Below the pieces are notes generated by a model, which had not been told where the DNA came from, did not search any database, and saw nothing but the letters and a program-made list of their open reading frames with translations. From contig JAMCXB010000034.1 in the NCBI GenBank assembly GCA_023480735.1, forward strand, positions 9,618 through 73,617: a DNA stretch of 64,000 bases. Reading direction: 5' to 3'. A program made the position numbers and the translations under genes. The first letter of the stretch is position 1. Every line of letters starts with the position of its first letter. The DNA is from Bacteroidota bacterium (GTDB taxonomy: Bacteria; Bacteroidota; Ignavibacteria; Kryptoniales; JAKASW01). Below are positions 1-11,748 of the stretch, piece by piece.

Positions 1-3000
1 GAAAGTACGGGGTCGGCGTGATGTTTCTGCCGCAGGACCCGATCTTGAGGAAGGCGGCTGAGAACATCGTTGAGAAGATCGTAATCGACGAGAACCAGAA
101 ATTTCTGGGATGGAGAGACGTTCCGGTAGATCCGAATGTGCCTGGAAGAGGCGCAAGGGCGACCCAGCCTTTTATCCGTCAGTGCTTCATCGGTGCGAAC
201 AGGAACATTCAGTCCCGGGATGAGTTCGAGCGGAAACTTTACACAATAAGAAGGATCATTGATCACAGGGTACGCGCGGAGTTGGATTGTGACAGGAGCG
301 AATATTACGTGCCCTCCTTTTCGAGCAAAGTCTTAATATACAAAGGAATGCTCCTTGCGCCGCAGCTGACCGAGTTTTATAAGGATCTCAGCGACAAGGA
401 TATGAAGTCTGCGATGACGATGCTTCATCTGCGCTTCTCGACCAACACGTTTCCGACCTGGGACCTCGCACACCCGTTCAGAATGATCGCACACAACGGC
501 GAGATAAACACGCTTCGCGGCAACAAGAATTGGATGGCGGCCAGACAAGCCGTAATGGAATCGCCCTATTTCGGCAAGGACCTCAAAAGGATGCTGCCCA
601 TCATAATGGAAGGGCAGAGCGATTCGGCGACTTTTGATTCTGTGCTGGAGCTTCTCTTTATGAGCGGAAGAAGCCTCCCGCACGCGATGATGATGATGAT
701 TCCGGAGGCGTGGTCGAAAAATAATTTGATGGATCCTGATCGGAAGGCTTTCTACGAGTACCATGCAACTATGATGGAGCCGTGGGACGGCCCTGCGGCC
801 GTAGTCTTCACCGACGGAGATATAATCGGGGCGACACTTGATCGGAATGGGTTACGTCCGGCCAGGTATGTCATTACCAAGGACGGATTGGTGGTCCTTA
901 CTTCGGAAGCGGGCACCTTCAGTGTCGACGCCGAGAACGTGGCGAAGAAGGGCAAACTTCAGCCGGGGCGCATGTTTATTCTCGATCTCAAGCAGGGACG
1001 TATCGTCGAAGACGAGGAAGTGAAGAAAGAGATCGTGACGAAGAGACCCTATCGGAAATGGGTCAATGACAATATGATAAAGATGTCTCACCTCCCCACG
1101 CCCGATCGGATTTACAATGCTGATTTTGAGACGCTTCATATGCGCCAGAGGATGTTCGGGTATACGAAAGAGGACATTTTCCAGGTAATGCTTCCAATGA
1201 CGGTAAAGGGCGAAGAAGCCGTCGGATCCATGGGAACCGATGTTGCGTTGGCAGTTCTGTCGGAACGGCCACAAATGTTGTTCAGGTATTTCAAACAGTT
1301 GTTTGCTCAGGTAACGAATCCTCCCATCGACCCTATAAGGGAAGAACTGGTTATGGAGCTCACGACGTATGTGGGTCCCGAGCAAAACCTTCTTGCGGAG
1401 ACCCCGCTGCATGCTCACCGACTCGAGCTGGAGCATCCGCTCCTTTCCAATTCACAGATGGAGAAAATCCGCAATATCGCAAAAGGTCACTTCAAATCGA
1501 TTACGATCCCGCTGCTGTTTAACGCGAGCGTTCGGCATAACATGCGCGAACGGATGGACCAAATCTGCACGGAAGTCGTCGAAGCGGTCAAATCCGGTAT
1601 TTCGCTCATAATTTTGTCAGACAAAGGGGTCGATAGGAACTTGGCGGCAATTCCGAGCCTTCTTGCCACGTCAGGAGTTCACCACGCTTTACTTAAGGCC
1701 GGATTGAGAACCAGGACCGGCATTATCGTAGAAAGCGGCGAGCCCAGGGAGGTCCATCACTTTGCTCTGCTCTGCGCTTACGGTGCCAACGCAATAAACC
1801 CTTACGTCGCCTACGAGACGATTGCCTACCTGATGGAGAAAGGCTTCCTGCCGGAAATTAAGGATTACAAGAGCGCAAAAAAGAATTTCGTTAAAGCCGT
1901 CAGTAAAGGTCTATTCAAAATATTCAGCAAGATGGGGATCAGTACCCTTCAGTCTTACTGCGGTGCCCAAATATTCGAGGCAGTCGGACTGGACAGTGAA
2001 ATAGTAGAGAACTATTTCGAAGGAACCCCGACACGCATCGAGGGCTTAAGCCTCGAGATGCTTGAGCAAGAGACCATCAAGCGGCACGTCCATGCGCTAG
2101 ATCCGCAAATCGATCAGAGCACTCTCGACGTCGGCGGAATATATCATTACAGAAGAGATGGCGAAACTCACTTGTGGAATCCCCTCACAATTTCCAAGCT
2201 TCAGCTTAGCACCAGCAGAGGCGACTACAAGACCTTCAAGGAGTATACCAACCTCATAAACAATCAGGTCAAGAAAAGGGTTACGCTGAGAAGCCTCTTT
2301 GAGCTCGATACTAACGGCAACAGAGTCCCGATTGAAGAAGTGGAACCGGCTAAAGAGATAGTCAAGAGATTTTCTACCGGTGCGATGAGCTTCGGGTCGA
2401 TCTCCTGGGAGGCTCACACTTCTCTTGCTATCGCAATGAACAAGGCCGGAGGAAAGTCGAATACCGGTGAAGGGGGTGAGGACTCCAGACGCTTCACCCG
2501 GCTTCCGAATGGCGACAGCATGCGCTCAGCGATCAAACAGGTCGCCTCCGCTAGATTCGGGGTTACTGCCGACTATCTGGTGAACGCCGACGAGCTTCAG
2601 ATCAAAATGGCGCAGGGCGCGAAGCCGGGTGAAGGGGGACAGCTTCCCGGCTTCAAGGTCGACAAGTTGATAGCAAAGATCAGGCACAGCATACCCGGGG
2701 TCACCCTGATAAGCCCGCCGCCGCATCACGATATTTATTCGATCGAGGATTTGAAACAGCTGATCTTCGATCTGAAGAACATCAATCCGAATGCCCGTGT
2801 CAGCGTGAAGCTGGTGTCCGAAGTTGGAGTAGGGACGATTGCCGCCGGCGTCGCGAAGGCCCACGCGGATCACATCCTGATAAGCGGGCATGATGGAGGA
2901 ACAGGCGCGAGCCCGATATCGTCTATCCAGTATGCCGGGACACCATGGGAACTGGGATTGAGTGAAGCCCACCAGACTCTGGTTCTTAATGGACTCAGAG

Positions 3001-4295
3001 ACCGGGTCTATCTTGCCACTGACGGCCAGTTGAAGACGGGGCGGGACGTAGTTATCGCCGCACTACTCGGTGCTGAGGAGTTCGGTTTTGCCACTGCCCC
3101 TCTCGTCACTCAAGGCTGTATTATGATGAGGAAGTGTCATCTGAATACGTGTCCGACAGGCGTTGCGACTCAAGATCCCGAATTGAGAAAGCGTTTCGCG
3201 GGCAAGCCGGAATACGTTATTAACTTCATGTTCTTCATTGCCGAAGAAGTCCGTGAACTGATGGCTGCATTGGGGTTCAGAACTTTTAACGAGATGATCG
3301 GGCAGACGGACAAGATCATCCCCGTCAGACTGAATGACCACTGGAAGGCAAGGGGTATCGATCTGACGAAACCCCTGTTCAAGCCGAAACCGCTGTACGA
3401 GACGAACCTATTCAGAACGCGCGGCCAGAATCATGGCCTGGAGAATCAGCTCGATCATGAATTCATCGAATTGGCGAAACCCGCGCTGGAGAACGGCACC
3501 CCCGTTGAGATAAAAATGAGGATCAGGAACATCAACAGGACAGCCGGCGCAATGCTGTCCGGCGAAATTGCGAAGAGGTACGGTGAAGATGGACTTCCCG
3601 ATGGCACGATTAAGATCGAGCTGCGGGGAACAGCCGGACAAAGCTTCGGGGCATTCCTGAGCAAAGGGGTCGAGCTGAATCTGACAGGAGAGTCTAACGA
3701 TTATACCGGTAAAGGACTTTCCGGCGGAAGATTGATTGTGAAGGTCCCGCCGGAGGTCACTTTCAATCCTACTGAAAACATCATAATTGGAAATACTTGT
3801 CTCTATGGTGCGACGAGCGGCGAAGCTTACGTCAACGGTGTATCCGGCGAAAGATTTGCAGTGCGCAATTCAGGAGCCTATGCTGTTATTGAAGGAGTAG
3901 GTGACCACGGGTGCGAGTACATGACGGGCGGGCGGGTCACTGTCCTGGGTAAAATAGGACGCAATTTTGCCGCGGGGATGTCGGGTGGAATAGCATATGT
4001 ATGGGATCCTGCCAAAGAAGCGGAGAAATACATCAACCATGGTATGGTTACGGTTGAATATCTGATATATGATGAAGACATAGCCGAGTTACATGAAATG
4101 GTCAAGAAACATTATGAATATACCGGATCTGCGCGGGCTCAGTTCATTTTGGACAACTGGAGCACAGAGCGGGACAATTTCTGGAAGGTAATTCCGGAGG
4201 AATATATGAAGGCACTCTCCGCCCTGGCGAAAGAGAAGGAAGCGGTCACACCATCAGAAAAAGCGCCTGCAGAAACGGAGGCCGTCAATGGGTAA
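1..4295 (+). CDS. gltB: glutamate synthase large subunit, 5' end cut by the window edge
   Basis: The frame is open from nt 3 ([13 protein letters not shown]), so the Cys1 amidotransferase start lies upstream of the window. The 1425-aa ORF carries GATase-2, central, FMN ([31 protein letters not shown]) and C-terminal GXGXG-type domains. Stop is TAA. Confidence 0.97.
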   Translation, partial: KYGVGVMFLPQDPILRKAAENIVEKIVIDENQKFLGWRDVPVDPNVPGRGARATQPFIRQCFIGANRNIQSRDEFERKLYTIRRIIDHRVRAELDCDRSEYYVPSFSSKVLIYKGMLLAPQLTEFYKDLSDKDMKSAMTMLHLRFSTNTFPTWDLAHPFRMIAHNGEINTLRGNKNWMAARQAVMESPYFGKDLKRMLPIIMEGQSDSATFDSVLELLFMSGRSLPHAMMMMIPEAWSKNNLMDPDRKAFYEYHATMMEPWDGPAAVVFTDGDIIGATLDRNGLRPARYVITKDGLVVLTSEAGTFSVDAENVAKKGKLQPGRMFILDLKQGRIVEDEEVKKEIVTKRPYRKWVNDNMIKMSHLPTPDRIYNADFETLHMRQRMFGYTKEDIFQVMLPMTVKGEEAVGSMGTDVALAVLSERPQMLFRYFKQLFAQVTNPPIDPIREELVMELTTYVGPEQNLLAETPLHAHRLELEHPLLSNSQMEKIRNIAKGHFKSITIPLLFNASVRHNMRERMDQICTEVVEAVKSGISLIILSDKGVDRNLAAIPSLLATSGVHHALLKAGLRTRTGIIVESGEPREVHHFALLCAYGANAINPYVAYETIAYLMEKGFLPEIKDYKSAKKNFVKAVSKGLFKIFSKMGISTLQSYCGAQIFEAVGLDSEIVENYFEGTPTRIEGLSLEMLEQETIKRHVHALDPQIDQSTLDVGGIYHYRRDGETHLWNPLTISKLQLSTSRGDYKTFKEYTNLINNQVKKRVTLRSLFELDTNGNRVPIEEVEPAKEIVKRFSTGAMSFGSISWEAHTSLAIAMNKAGGKSNTGEGGEDSRRFTRLPNGDSMRSAIKQVASARFGVTADYLVNADELQIKMAQGAKPGEGGQLPGFKVDKLIAKIRHSIPGVTLISPPPHHDIYSIEDLKQLIFDLKNINPNARVSVKLVSEVGVGTIAAGVAKAHADHILISGHDGGTGASPISSIQYAGTPWELGLSEAHQTLVLNGLRDRVYLATDGQLKTGRDVVIAALLGAEEFGFATAPLVTQGCIMMRKCHLNTCPTGVATQDPELRKRFAGKPEYVINFMFFIAEEVRELMAALGFRTFNEMIGQTDKIIPVRLNDHWKARGIDLTKPLFKPKPLYETNLFRTRGQNHGLENQLDHEFIELAKPALENGTPVEIKMRIRNINRTAGAMLSGEIAKRYGEDGLPDGTIKIELRGTAGQSFGAFLSKGVELNLTGESNDYTGKGLSGGRLIVKVPPEVTFNPTENIIIGNTCLYGATSGEAYVNGVSGERFAVRNSGAYAVIEGVGDHGCEYMTGGRVTVLGKIGRNFAAGMSGGIAYVWDPAKEAEKYINHGMVTVEYLIYDEDIAELHEMVKKHYEYTGSARAQFILDNWSTERDNFWKVIPEEYMKALSALAKEKEAVTPSEKAPAETEAVNG

Positions 4296-5748
4296 GCCGA
4301 CCGGATTTATGGAGTATAACCGCGCGTCGTTGGAGCATGAGACTCCTGATTCCCGCGTTAAGCATTTCAAGGAGTTTGAGAAACGGTTTCACAGGGAGGA
4401 CGCGGAGGTTCAAGCAGCACGATGTATGGACTGTGGTATTCCGTTTTGTCACGGCGATACCGGCTGTCCGGTCCAGAACTATATTCCCGAGTGGAACGAT
4501 CTGATTTACAAAGGACACTGGAGAGAAGCGCTTGAGAATCTTCTATCGACGAACAACTTTCCGGAGTTTACCGGCAGACTCTGTCCCGCGCCTTGCGAGA
4601 CGGCCTGTACCCTGGGGATAAACAAAGATCCCGTTACCATAAAATCAATTGAGCGCACCATCATCGACAAAGGCTGGGAGGAAGGCTGGGTAAGTACCCG
4701 CATGCCCTACGTCATGAGCGGGAAGAGAGTGGCAGTGGTCGGTTCCGGTCCATCGGGGCTGGCAGCTGCCCAGCAGCTCTGCAGAGCGGGACACCAGGTT
4801 ACGGTCTTCGAGAAGAACGATCGCATCGGCGGACTGTTGAGATACGGCATTCCGGACTTCAAATTGGGAAAGCACGTCATCGACCGCAGGCTTGAACAGA
4901 TGAGGGCCGAAGGCGTGGAATTCAAGACAGGAGTCAACGTAGGAGTCGACATCTCCGCGAGAAGACTTGTCGATGAGTATGACGCAGTCGTTCTCGCGGG
5001 AGGTTCCGAGAAGCCGAGGGATATCGCGATTCCCGGCAGAGAGCTCAAGGGTATTCATTTCGCCATGGAGTTTTTACCACAGCAGAATAAGGTGAACGCC
5101 GGCGATCATATCCCGAATCAGATAACGGCAGCAGGCAAGGATGTAGTAGTCCTCGGCGGCGGTGATACGGGATCAGATTGTGTCGGCACGTCGAACAGAC
5201 AGGGAGCCAGGTCGGTAACACAGATCGAAGTACTTCCGATGCCGCCTAAGGAGCGGCCCGAAAACAGCCCATGGCCATACTGGCCGATGATCCTAAGGAC
5301 CTCGTCGAGTCATGAGGAAGGCGTCATGAGGAAATGGAGCATCAACACTAAATCCTTCAAAGGGAATGAGAAGGGAGAAGTCGCGGCCCTTGTCTGCAGC
5401 CAGACAAAATTCGAGAACGGCAAGTTTGCAGACATTCCCGGAACTGAATTCGAATTGAAAGCGGAGCTGGTTCTCATCGCCGCCGGTTTCCTCCATCCGG
5501 TCCATGAAGGCCTCCTGAATGAGCTTAAAGAGGTCGGACTTGAGCTGGATATTAGGGGCAACGTCAAGGCGGAGTTTGGGGACGCGGAAAATGCGCACGC
5601 TACGAGCGTGAGCAAGGTCTTTACCTGCGGGGACATGCGGCGCGGCCAGTCTCTGGTTGTATGGGCAATCGCCGAGGGGAGGAAATGCGCGGCGGCAGTT
5701 CACAGCTACTTGACTCGGGAAGTTAACGTCGAGGAAACGCTCGTTTAA
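4288..5748 (+). CDS. gltD: glutamate synthase small subunit (NADPH)
   Basis: 486 aa. It has N-terminal Cys clusters ([19 protein letters not shown]) and two dinucleotide motifs ([26 protein letters not shown]). The start overlaps gltB by 8 nt. Confidence 0.96.
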   Translation: MGKPTGFMEYNRASLEHETPDSRVKHFKEFEKRFHREDAEVQAARCMDCGIPFCHGDTGCPVQNYIPEWNDLIYKGHWREALENLLSTNNFPEFTGRLCPAPCETACTLGINKDPVTIKSIERTIIDKGWEEGWVSTRMPYVMSGKRVAVVGSGPSGLAAAQQLCRAGHQVTVFEKNDRIGGLLRYGIPDFKLGKHVIDRRLEQMRAEGVEFKTGVNVGVDISARRLVDEYDAVVLAGGSEKPRDIAIPGRELKGIHFAMEFLPQQNKVNAGDHIPNQITAAGKDVVVLGGGDTGSDCVGTSNRQGARSVTQIEVLPMPPKERPENSPWPYWPMILRTSSSHEEGVMRKWSINTKSFKGNEKGEVAALVCSQTKFENGKFADIPGTEFELKAELVLIAAGFLHPVHEGLLNELKEVGLELDIRGNVKAEFGDAENAHATSVSKVFTCGDMRRGQSLVVWAIAEGRKCAAAVHSYLTREVNVEETLV

Positions 5749-6047
5749 CTCCGCCGCATCAAGAAGCCTCGACAGTGATTCGGTAATCTCGGGAGGGGTT
5801 CTTAGAAGCCTTCGGTCTGCGTAATGACATTTGGCTCCTGCACGCGGCTTAACTTTACGTCTTGTGCTCATTCTTCAGCAGTACACAATTCTATGCAGAT
5901 AATCCCTGCTTCATTTAAGAAAATTGTGACTGATCATTTTATGTCTCGTGCATGCAGGCGGTCAGGCAATTTCCGCATTTTACAAATCCTGTCTTCAAAT
6001 TTGCTTGCGGCGCATGACTTTGCTAAAATTAAAACGAGCCATGGCTG

Positions 6048-6589
6048 TTGGTTCCCAATCTCACGAGTGAAATGAGAAGAGCTTTCCTCATGGAGAGCCT
6101 GTTTGAAGAAGGCGAGATAGTGACTTTCTATTTCGATTACCCCTGCTCGGCAGCAAGAAGGAAATGGCAGCGGAATATTTTGCGCAGAGGAGAGAGATAG
6201 GAATATTCAACATTGGAGGGTCCGGAAAAGTGAAAGCCGATGACCAGGAGTTGGTTGTTGACCACAAAGATGCCGTCTACGTTGGGAGTGGCACGAGAGA
6301 AATAGTCATCTCCAGCACCGACCCGGCCAGGCCTGCGTATTTCTACTTTGTAAGTTATCCCGCTCATGCTTCATATCCCACAAGCCATAAAACACGGGAA
6401 GTGTTTTTCGCGCGACTAGGCAGTCAGAAGGAAGCGAACCTGAGAACCATAAAGTGGTTACCGTTGATGGCGGCTGGATGGGAAGGTGACTCAGGGGCTG
6501 GCAGTACCCAAGTCATACTTTCTCTGAAGAATTTCTTCTTTCCGGCAATAACGATTACGATGGTAGTTTCGTTTATCCCAAGATGTTGA
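6048..6589 (+). pseudogene. kduI: decayed 5-dehydro-4-deoxy-D-glucuronate isomerase (KduI) remnant
   Basis: Collinear KduI-like peptide lies in two frames. Frame 0 covers 6048-6197 (..SEMRRAFLMESLFEEGEIVTFYFDY). Frame 2 covers about 6149-6589 (LGSKKEMAAEYFAQRREIGIFNIGGSGKV..PAYFYFVSYPAHASYPT..RTIKW). From memory of E. coli KduI these match LRNEFLVEKVF..YSHID and YFLERRELGVINIGGAGTI..FYYNCAPAHTTYPT..RTINKY. About 18 codons are lost at the frame change, and the C-terminal metal-binding cupin half is missing or unrecognisable. Confidence 0.75.
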
Positions 6590-6614
6590 TAATTTCATTG
6601 TATCAAATCGGAGC

Positions 6615-7409
6615 ATGACTATGGCAAAGTCTTATCTGGATAATACCTTCGGCTTAGACGGAAAAGTGTCCGTGGTGGTCGGCGGAAGTGGTGTGCTCGG
6701 CGGAAGCGTTGCTGAAGCGATGGCGAAAGCCGGCTCGAACGTAGTGATCATATACAATCATGGAAAAGAAGCGGCAGAAGAGCGAGTGAAACTCATCAGG
6801 AGTCTCGGCGTCGAGTGTAAATCCGTTCATGCCGACGCATGTGCCAAAGAAGACCTTGAGAAAGCGAAAGACGAAATCGTTTCGGAATTCGGCGGAACAG
6901 ATGTTCTGATTAATGCTCCCGGAGTAAACTCGCCTACTCCCATCTTCGATATTAAGGAGGAAGAGTGGGACAGAATACTCAATGTAAATCTGAAAGGAAT
7001 ATTCCTTGCCTGTCAGGTATTCGGAAAGCATATGATCGAAAAGAAGTTAAAGGGGAGCATCATAAATTTCTCGTCCGTGTCATCTGAGATTCCGCTGTCG
7101 AGAGTGTTTACATATTCAATCTCGAAGTCCGGGGTGAACAACATGACGCGCTTCCTTTCGAGAGAGTGGGCGCCATTCGGAATTCGTGTGAACGCGATAA
7201 TGCCCGGTTTCTTTCCCGCGGAACAGAACCGCAAGATACTCACTGAGGAACGGCGCAAGTCCATATTCAACCACACACCGATGGCACGGTACGGGGAGCC
7301 TGACGAGCTCAGCGGCGCAATGATCTGGCTCGCTTCAAACAATGCGTCTTCATTTGTGACCGGGGCTATTATCCCCGTTGACGGCGGATTTACATCAATG
7401 ACAATTTAG
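6615..7409 (+). CDS. short-chain dehydrogenase/reductase, probably hexuronate/KDG-pathway type
   Basis: 264 aa. It has the Rossmann motif VVGGSGVLGG, LINAPG, the catalytic S..YSISK motif and a PG motif. It sits next to the kduI remnant. The substrate cannot be determined from the sequence alone. Confidence 0.85.
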   Translation: MTMAKSYLDNTFGLDGKVSVVVGGSGVLGGSVAEAMAKAGSNVVIIYNHGKEAAEERVKLIRSLGVECKSVHADACAKEDLEKAKDEIVSEFGGTDVLINAPGVNSPTPIFDIKEEEWDRILNVNLKGIFLACQVFGKHMIEKKLKGSIINFSSVSSEIPLSRVFTYSISKSGVNNMTRFLSREWAPFGIRVNAIMPGFFPAEQNRKILTEERRKSIFNHTPMARYGEPDELSGAMIWLASNNASSFVTGAIIPVDGGFTSMTI

Positions 7410-7423
7410 TGCGACTTAGAAAC

Positions 7424-7619
7424 CCACTGCCTATGGCAGTGGTAATGTCCGGTCGGCTTTGCCGGAGACTCCGTCCACATAGTCCGGAAATTGCGCTTAC
7501 AGGCAGCCATCCAATGAATTGGACGGCTAGATGACGCACAAACCCCTTTCGGGTTTCGTGCTTTTGGAAGGCGTCGATTTCAATCGATGCCTCGCAGAAG
7601 CCACCGGCTTTGCCGGTGG
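7424..7619. repeat. cluster of REP-like stem-loops in the SDR-pdxB spacer
   Basis: Four stem-loops are present: CCACTGCC-TAT-GGCAGTGG (7424-7442), GCACAAACCC..GGGTTTCGTGC (7536-7561), GCGTCGAT-TTCA-ATCGATGC (7571-7590) and CCACCGGC-TTT-GCCGGTGG (7601-7619). The 11-mer GGCTTTGCCGG occurs twice (7455-7465 and 7606-7616). Confidence 0.6.
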
Positions 7620-7652
7620 TAGTTCACTGACGACCGGAAGGACAGGCGAAGG

Positions 7653-8807
7653 ATGAGAATCGTTGTAGATCAGAAAATTCCCTTTGTCGAAGAGGCTTTC
7701 AGCCCATTCGGGGAGATTGTTAAGTATGACAGTCGCGCGATCGACGGAACAGCAGTGAGAGATGCCGACGCACTCCTTGTGAGATCTGAAACAAGAGTGA
7801 ATGACAAACTCCTCGCGGGAAGCAGTGTGAAGTTTGTAGGCACGGCGACAATAGGTACCGACCATATTGATATTGACTTCCTGCGACGGAACGATATCGC
7901 CTTCGCAAGCGCACCCGGATGCAATTCTAACGCAGTTGTCCAGTATGTCTTCTCGGCTTTGTTCACGCTTGCGAAGAGAAACAACTTCATGTTGAAAGGA
8001 AAGACGCTCGGTGTCGTCGGAGTAGGCAATATCGGGAGCAAGATCGTTCGAGTCGCCGAGAAATTAGGAATGGAAGTACTTCAGAATGACCCACCGCTTT
8101 CCAGAGCGACTCGTGAATCTCGATTCTTGAGTCTCGATGATCTGATGGCAGCCAACTTCATCACGATCCATGTGCCATACACGAAGACCGGCAGTGATCC
8201 AACGTTCCATCTCTTCGACGAGGCGAGGATCTCGGCGATGAAGAAGGGGAGCACACTGATTAACACATCGAGGGGGGGTGTGGTGGACAACAAAGCTATG
8301 AAGGAAGCTCTGAGAAACGGGACAATTGGCGATGGCATTTTGGATGTCTGGGAAAATGAGCCGAACATCGATACAGAACTTCTCTCCATTTGCTCGATAG
8401 GGACACCGCACATTGCGGGCTATTCAATCAACGGAAAAGTCAACGCGACTAAGATGATCTATAGTGAATTCTGCGACTACTTCAACTTCCCTAAAGCCTG
8501 GGATCCAAGCAGCGCCGTCCCGATTCCGGAAAAACCCGAAATTTCGGTTGATAAGGACACATCTGATGAGGAATCTACCGTTTCTGAAGTAGTCACGCGG
8601 GTCTACAATATAGAGAATGATGACAGTACTCTGAGAAAGATTTCATCGATGCCTCAGGAGCAGATGGGAGCGTATTTCAAGGGGCTGAGAGGTAACTATC
8701 ATTTCAGGGACGAGTTCTCCAATTTCACTATCGCTCTTCAATCTAAGAAGAAATATTTGATCGGGATTCTCGGAACATTCGGATTCAAAGTCCTTCATCC
8801 GGTGTAG
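7653..8807 (+). CDS. pdxB: erythronate-4-phosphate dehydrogenase
   Basis: 384 aa. The motifs MRIVVDQKIPFVEEAF..ADALLVRSETRVN..FVGTATIGTDHID..APGCNSNAVVQYVFSAL..GVVGVGNIGSK follow the PdxB pattern, including the C-terminal extension. Confidence 0.86.
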   Translation: MRIVVDQKIPFVEEAFSPFGEIVKYDSRAIDGTAVRDADALLVRSETRVNDKLLAGSSVKFVGTATIGTDHIDIDFLRRNDIAFASAPGCNSNAVVQYVFSALFTLAKRNNFMLKGKTLGVVGVGNIGSKIVRVAEKLGMEVLQNDPPLSRATRESRFLSLDDLMAANFITIHVPYTKTGSDPTFHLFDEARISAMKKGSTLINTSRGGVVDNKAMKEALRNGTIGDGILDVWENEPNIDTELLSICSIGTPHIAGYSINGKVNATKMIYSEFCDYFNFPKAWDPSSAVPIPEKPEISVDKDTSDEESTVSEVVTRVYNIENDDSTLRKISSMPQEQMGAYFKGLRGNYHFRDEFSNFTIALQSKKKYLIGILGTFGFKVLHPV

Positions 8808-8870
8808 GCAGGAGGTCATTGAAAAAGATGCGTGTGGTAACTAACATCTTGATTGAGAGGAGAAAGAAAG

Positions 8871-10055
8871 TTGGTTGAAGCGTCTTTAAGTACGAGGGAG
8901 TTAGGGCTGAAGTGGCATGAACTGTTTTCCCGATATGCCGAAGATCTTTATCCCGGACGATACACTGCGAACAAATGCCTCGAACTGGCAGAGCAGGCGG
9001 TTGAGATTCTCAGGCTGGCCGAAGAAAAAGAATCCACAATAGTTGCACACAACTACCTTTTCCCGGAATTTCACGAGATTGCGGAGAAAGTCGGCGATTC
9101 TCTCGGACTCAGTTTCTATGTCCAGAAGAAGAAGGCTCCGCGGGTAGATTTCGAGAGTGTGTTCTTCATGGGAGCCACGGCGAAGATTATAACGGGCAAC
9201 GCGACGCGCGTCTTCGTGTCTGACTCGCCGGAAGTCCTCGGTTGTTCCCTGGTTTTCGGAATCGATTATGATTGGCTGGACAACTGGAAGCGTCGGAACC
9301 CGGACGGCGTCCTCGTAACGTACGTAAACAGCGATGCGTACACCAAGTCGATCAGCGATTTTATCGCGACATCCCGCAATACCGATAGGGTGATAGTCCA
9401 CGCAGTAAAGATGTTTCCCGGAAGGAAAATTCTCGTACTTCCAGATAAATATCTTGGATACGTGATGAAAGCAAGGGCGCTTGAACAGTTGAGTAACGAG
9501 GGAATCAAAATCGACCCGGATTTGATTGAGGTTTACGAGCAGAAGAAGGGTCAATACTGGGCAGCTTGTCATGTACATCAACAGATTGGGCCCGATGCCG
9601 CCGACATTGCACTTCTGGAAAACGATGACGCGGAACTTATGATCCATCCTGAATGCGGATGTGCCTCGTCCTGCCTCTATAAGGTACAGAAGGGGGAGAT
9701 CCCGCATTCGAAGGCATACTTCCTATCGACCGAGCAAATGATAGAGCGGGCGAAGATCTCGTCGGCGAAGAAATTTGTGGTTGCTACGGAGAAGGGTATG
9801 GTCTACCGCCTCCGCAAAGAGATGCCGCAGAAGGAATTTATACCCATATCTTCGAAAGCCGAATGCGGCTTCATGAAGGCGAATACCTTCGACAAACTGC
9901 TCGCTTCGCTTCGGGAGGACAAAGTCGAGATTGTCTATTGCGACGATTGCTGCGATCCAAGATCGCCGTACCAGGACGATAGAGTGGTACACATTCCACG
10001 AACCGCTGCCGAGGCGGCGATTAAAGGCATCTCCCGAATGCTGGCGATTGGATAA
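8871..10055 (+). CDS. nadA: quinolinate synthase
   Basis: NadA-like blocks are present: IVAHNY..GDSL, FMGATAKI, VTYVNS, PDKYLG, ACHVH, IHPECG, VATEKGM and ECGFMK. An AGGAG sits 9 nt before TTG 8871. The ORF is also open from TTG 8853. Confidence 0.85.
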   Translation: MVEASLSTRELGLKWHELFSRYAEDLYPGRYTANKCLELAEQAVEILRLAEEKESTIVAHNYLFPEFHEIAEKVGDSLGLSFYVQKKKAPRVDFESVFFMGATAKIITGNATRVFVSDSPEVLGCSLVFGIDYDWLDNWKRRNPDGVLVTYVNSDAYTKSISDFIATSRNTDRVIVHAVKMFPGRKILVLPDKYLGYVMKARALEQLSNEGIKIDPDLIEVYEQKKGQYWAACHVHQQIGPDAADIALLENDDAELMIHPECGCASSCLYKVQKGEIPHSKAYFLSTEQMIERAKISSAKKFVVATEKGMVYRLRKEMPQKEFIPISSKAECGFMKANTFDKLLASLREDKVEIVYCDDCCDPRSPYQDDRVVHIPRTAAEAAIKGISRMLAIG

Positions 10056-10118
10056 TATACAAGTCTACATAGAATCTTCTTCCCACCTGATTATTCGAAT
10101 AAATGGATTGAGAATGTT

Positions 10119-11729
10119 ATGATAGAGACACAACGAACGACATGCGACGTTTTAATTATCGGGGCAGGGATAGCGGGGTTGACTGCGGCGATTCAGCTAG
10201 CGGACCGGGGCAAGAGAGTCGTTGTTATAAACCGCGCATTTGATCCCGACGAATCTAACACTCGTTACGCCCAGGGCGGCATCGTCTGGTGGGGCGAAGA
10301 AGACTCGTTTGAGCTGATAGAATCCGACATAAACGAAGCCGGCGACGAGATCGGAGGCACCGAGGCAATCCGAATCCTTGCCGAAGAGGGGCCGGGGCTT
10401 GTCGATTCATTCCTGATAAGGCGGCTCGCCATCCAGTTTGACAGGGATGCTGCGGGCAACCTGGATCGTACTCTCGAGGGAGGACATTCGAGGCGAAGAA
10501 TAATTCACGTAGGCGACCAGACCGGCGCGGCAATACAGCAGGCTTTGAGCAGGGAGGCAAGAACACATCCGAACATTTCCATACTTGCGGGCCGCACCGC
10601 CGTGGACCTTATCAGCACGACCCATCATTCGCAAAAGCGTGGGTCAGTCTATGAGCAGACGCGGATATTGGGCGCGTATGTGCTTGATAGGCTGACGAGA
10701 AATGTTGGTACAATACTGGCCTCCTACACGATAGTCGCTACGGGCGGAGTCGGCGGACTGTTTGAGAGCACGACAAATCCCGAGGGAGCGCGCGGTGACG
10801 GCATTGCCATGGCGTCCCGTGCCGGCGCGCATGTCATAAATATGGAGTACGTGCAGTTTCATCCGACCGCGTTTCGCAAGGAAGGGTGCAATTCTTTTCT
10901 CATCTCTGAATCAGTTCGCGGCGAAGGTGCGGTTCTTGTCAACGACCGGGGTGAAAGATTCTTGTCACGTTATTGTCCCGGCGCGATGGAGCTTGCTCCC
11001 CGCGATGAAGTGACGAGAGGCATTTTCAGAGAAATGCAGCTTACCAAGGAGTTGAATGTCTGGTTGGATTGCAGTCCGATCATAGAGAAGGGTATCGACC
11101 TGCAGAAACGCTTTCCGAAGATCTTTGCTGACTGCATCTCATGCGGGGTCGATATGACAAAGGAACCGATTCCCGTGGCGCCTGCCGCGCATTATCTCTG
11201 CGGTGGAATCCGAGTTGACGGCTGGGGAAGGACTAATTTGCAGGGACTCTTCGCTATCGGAGAAGCATCCTGTACCGGACTTCATGGAGCAAACAGGCTT
11301 GCGTCCACCTCCCTGCTTGAAGGCCTTGTTTGGGGGATGAGATCTGCAGAAAACATCATCGGGACGTTCGAGCTGGAGAACTTCAGTGAGCGGCTCATAC
11401 CGGACTGGGATGAAAGTTATGTTATCGAAGAAAATATTCCTCCTGACATTGTCGTCAATTACCTTGACGACTTGAAGAGAATCATGTGGGCAAACGTGGG
11501 CATCGTGAGGTCGGAAACGAGTCTTTCCAGGGCATGGAGACTGTTGTCTTCAATCGACATAGAGGTTGAAGAAATGTACCGACGTGCAAAATTGTCGGAT
11601 GAACTCGTCGGCCTGAGAAATGGTGTCGAGGTCGCGCTCGAAATTACCGCTCATGCTCGCAGGAACAGAACCAGCAGAGGAGTGCACTTCAGAGAGGACT
11701 CGGTAAAGGCAAGCGGAGCTTCGGTGTAG
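10119..11729 (+). CDS. nadB: L-aspartate oxidase
   Basis: 536 aa. It has the FAD motif DVLIIGAGIAGLTAA plus RYAQGGI, HYLCGGIRVD and the succinate dehydrogenase/fumarate reductase flavoprotein fold. Confidence 0.93.
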   Translation: MIETQRTTCDVLIIGAGIAGLTAAIQLADRGKRVVVINRAFDPDESNTRYAQGGIVWWGEEDSFELIESDINEAGDEIGGTEAIRILAEEGPGLVDSFLIRRLAIQFDRDAAGNLDRTLEGGHSRRRIIHVGDQTGAAIQQALSREARTHPNISILAGRTAVDLISTTHHSQKRGSVYEQTRILGAYVLDRLTRNVGTILASYTIVATGGVGGLFESTTNPEGARGDGIAMASRAGAHVINMEYVQFHPTAFRKEGCNSFLISESVRGEGAVLVNDRGERFLSRYCPGAMELAPRDEVTRGIFREMQLTKELNVWLDCSPIIEKGIDLQKRFPKIFADCISCGVDMTKEPIPVAPAAHYLCGGIRVDGWGRTNLQGLFAIGEASCTGLHGANRLASTSLLEGLVWGMRSAENIIGTFELENFSERLIPDWDESYVIEENIPPDIVVNYLDDLKRIMWANVGIVRSETSLSRAWRLLSSIDIEVEEMYRRAKLSDELVGLRNGVEVALEITAHARRNRTSRGVHFREDSVKASGASV

Positions 11730-11748
11730 AAATGGAGAGCAGCGAGGG

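Noticed and set aside
7532-7543. The 12-mer TGACGCACAAAC is shared between 7532-7543 and 20689-20700, each followed by a hairpin.
   Set aside because: Exact 12-mer coincidences are expected many times in 64 kb on both strands, and the similarity does not extend beyond the 12-mer.
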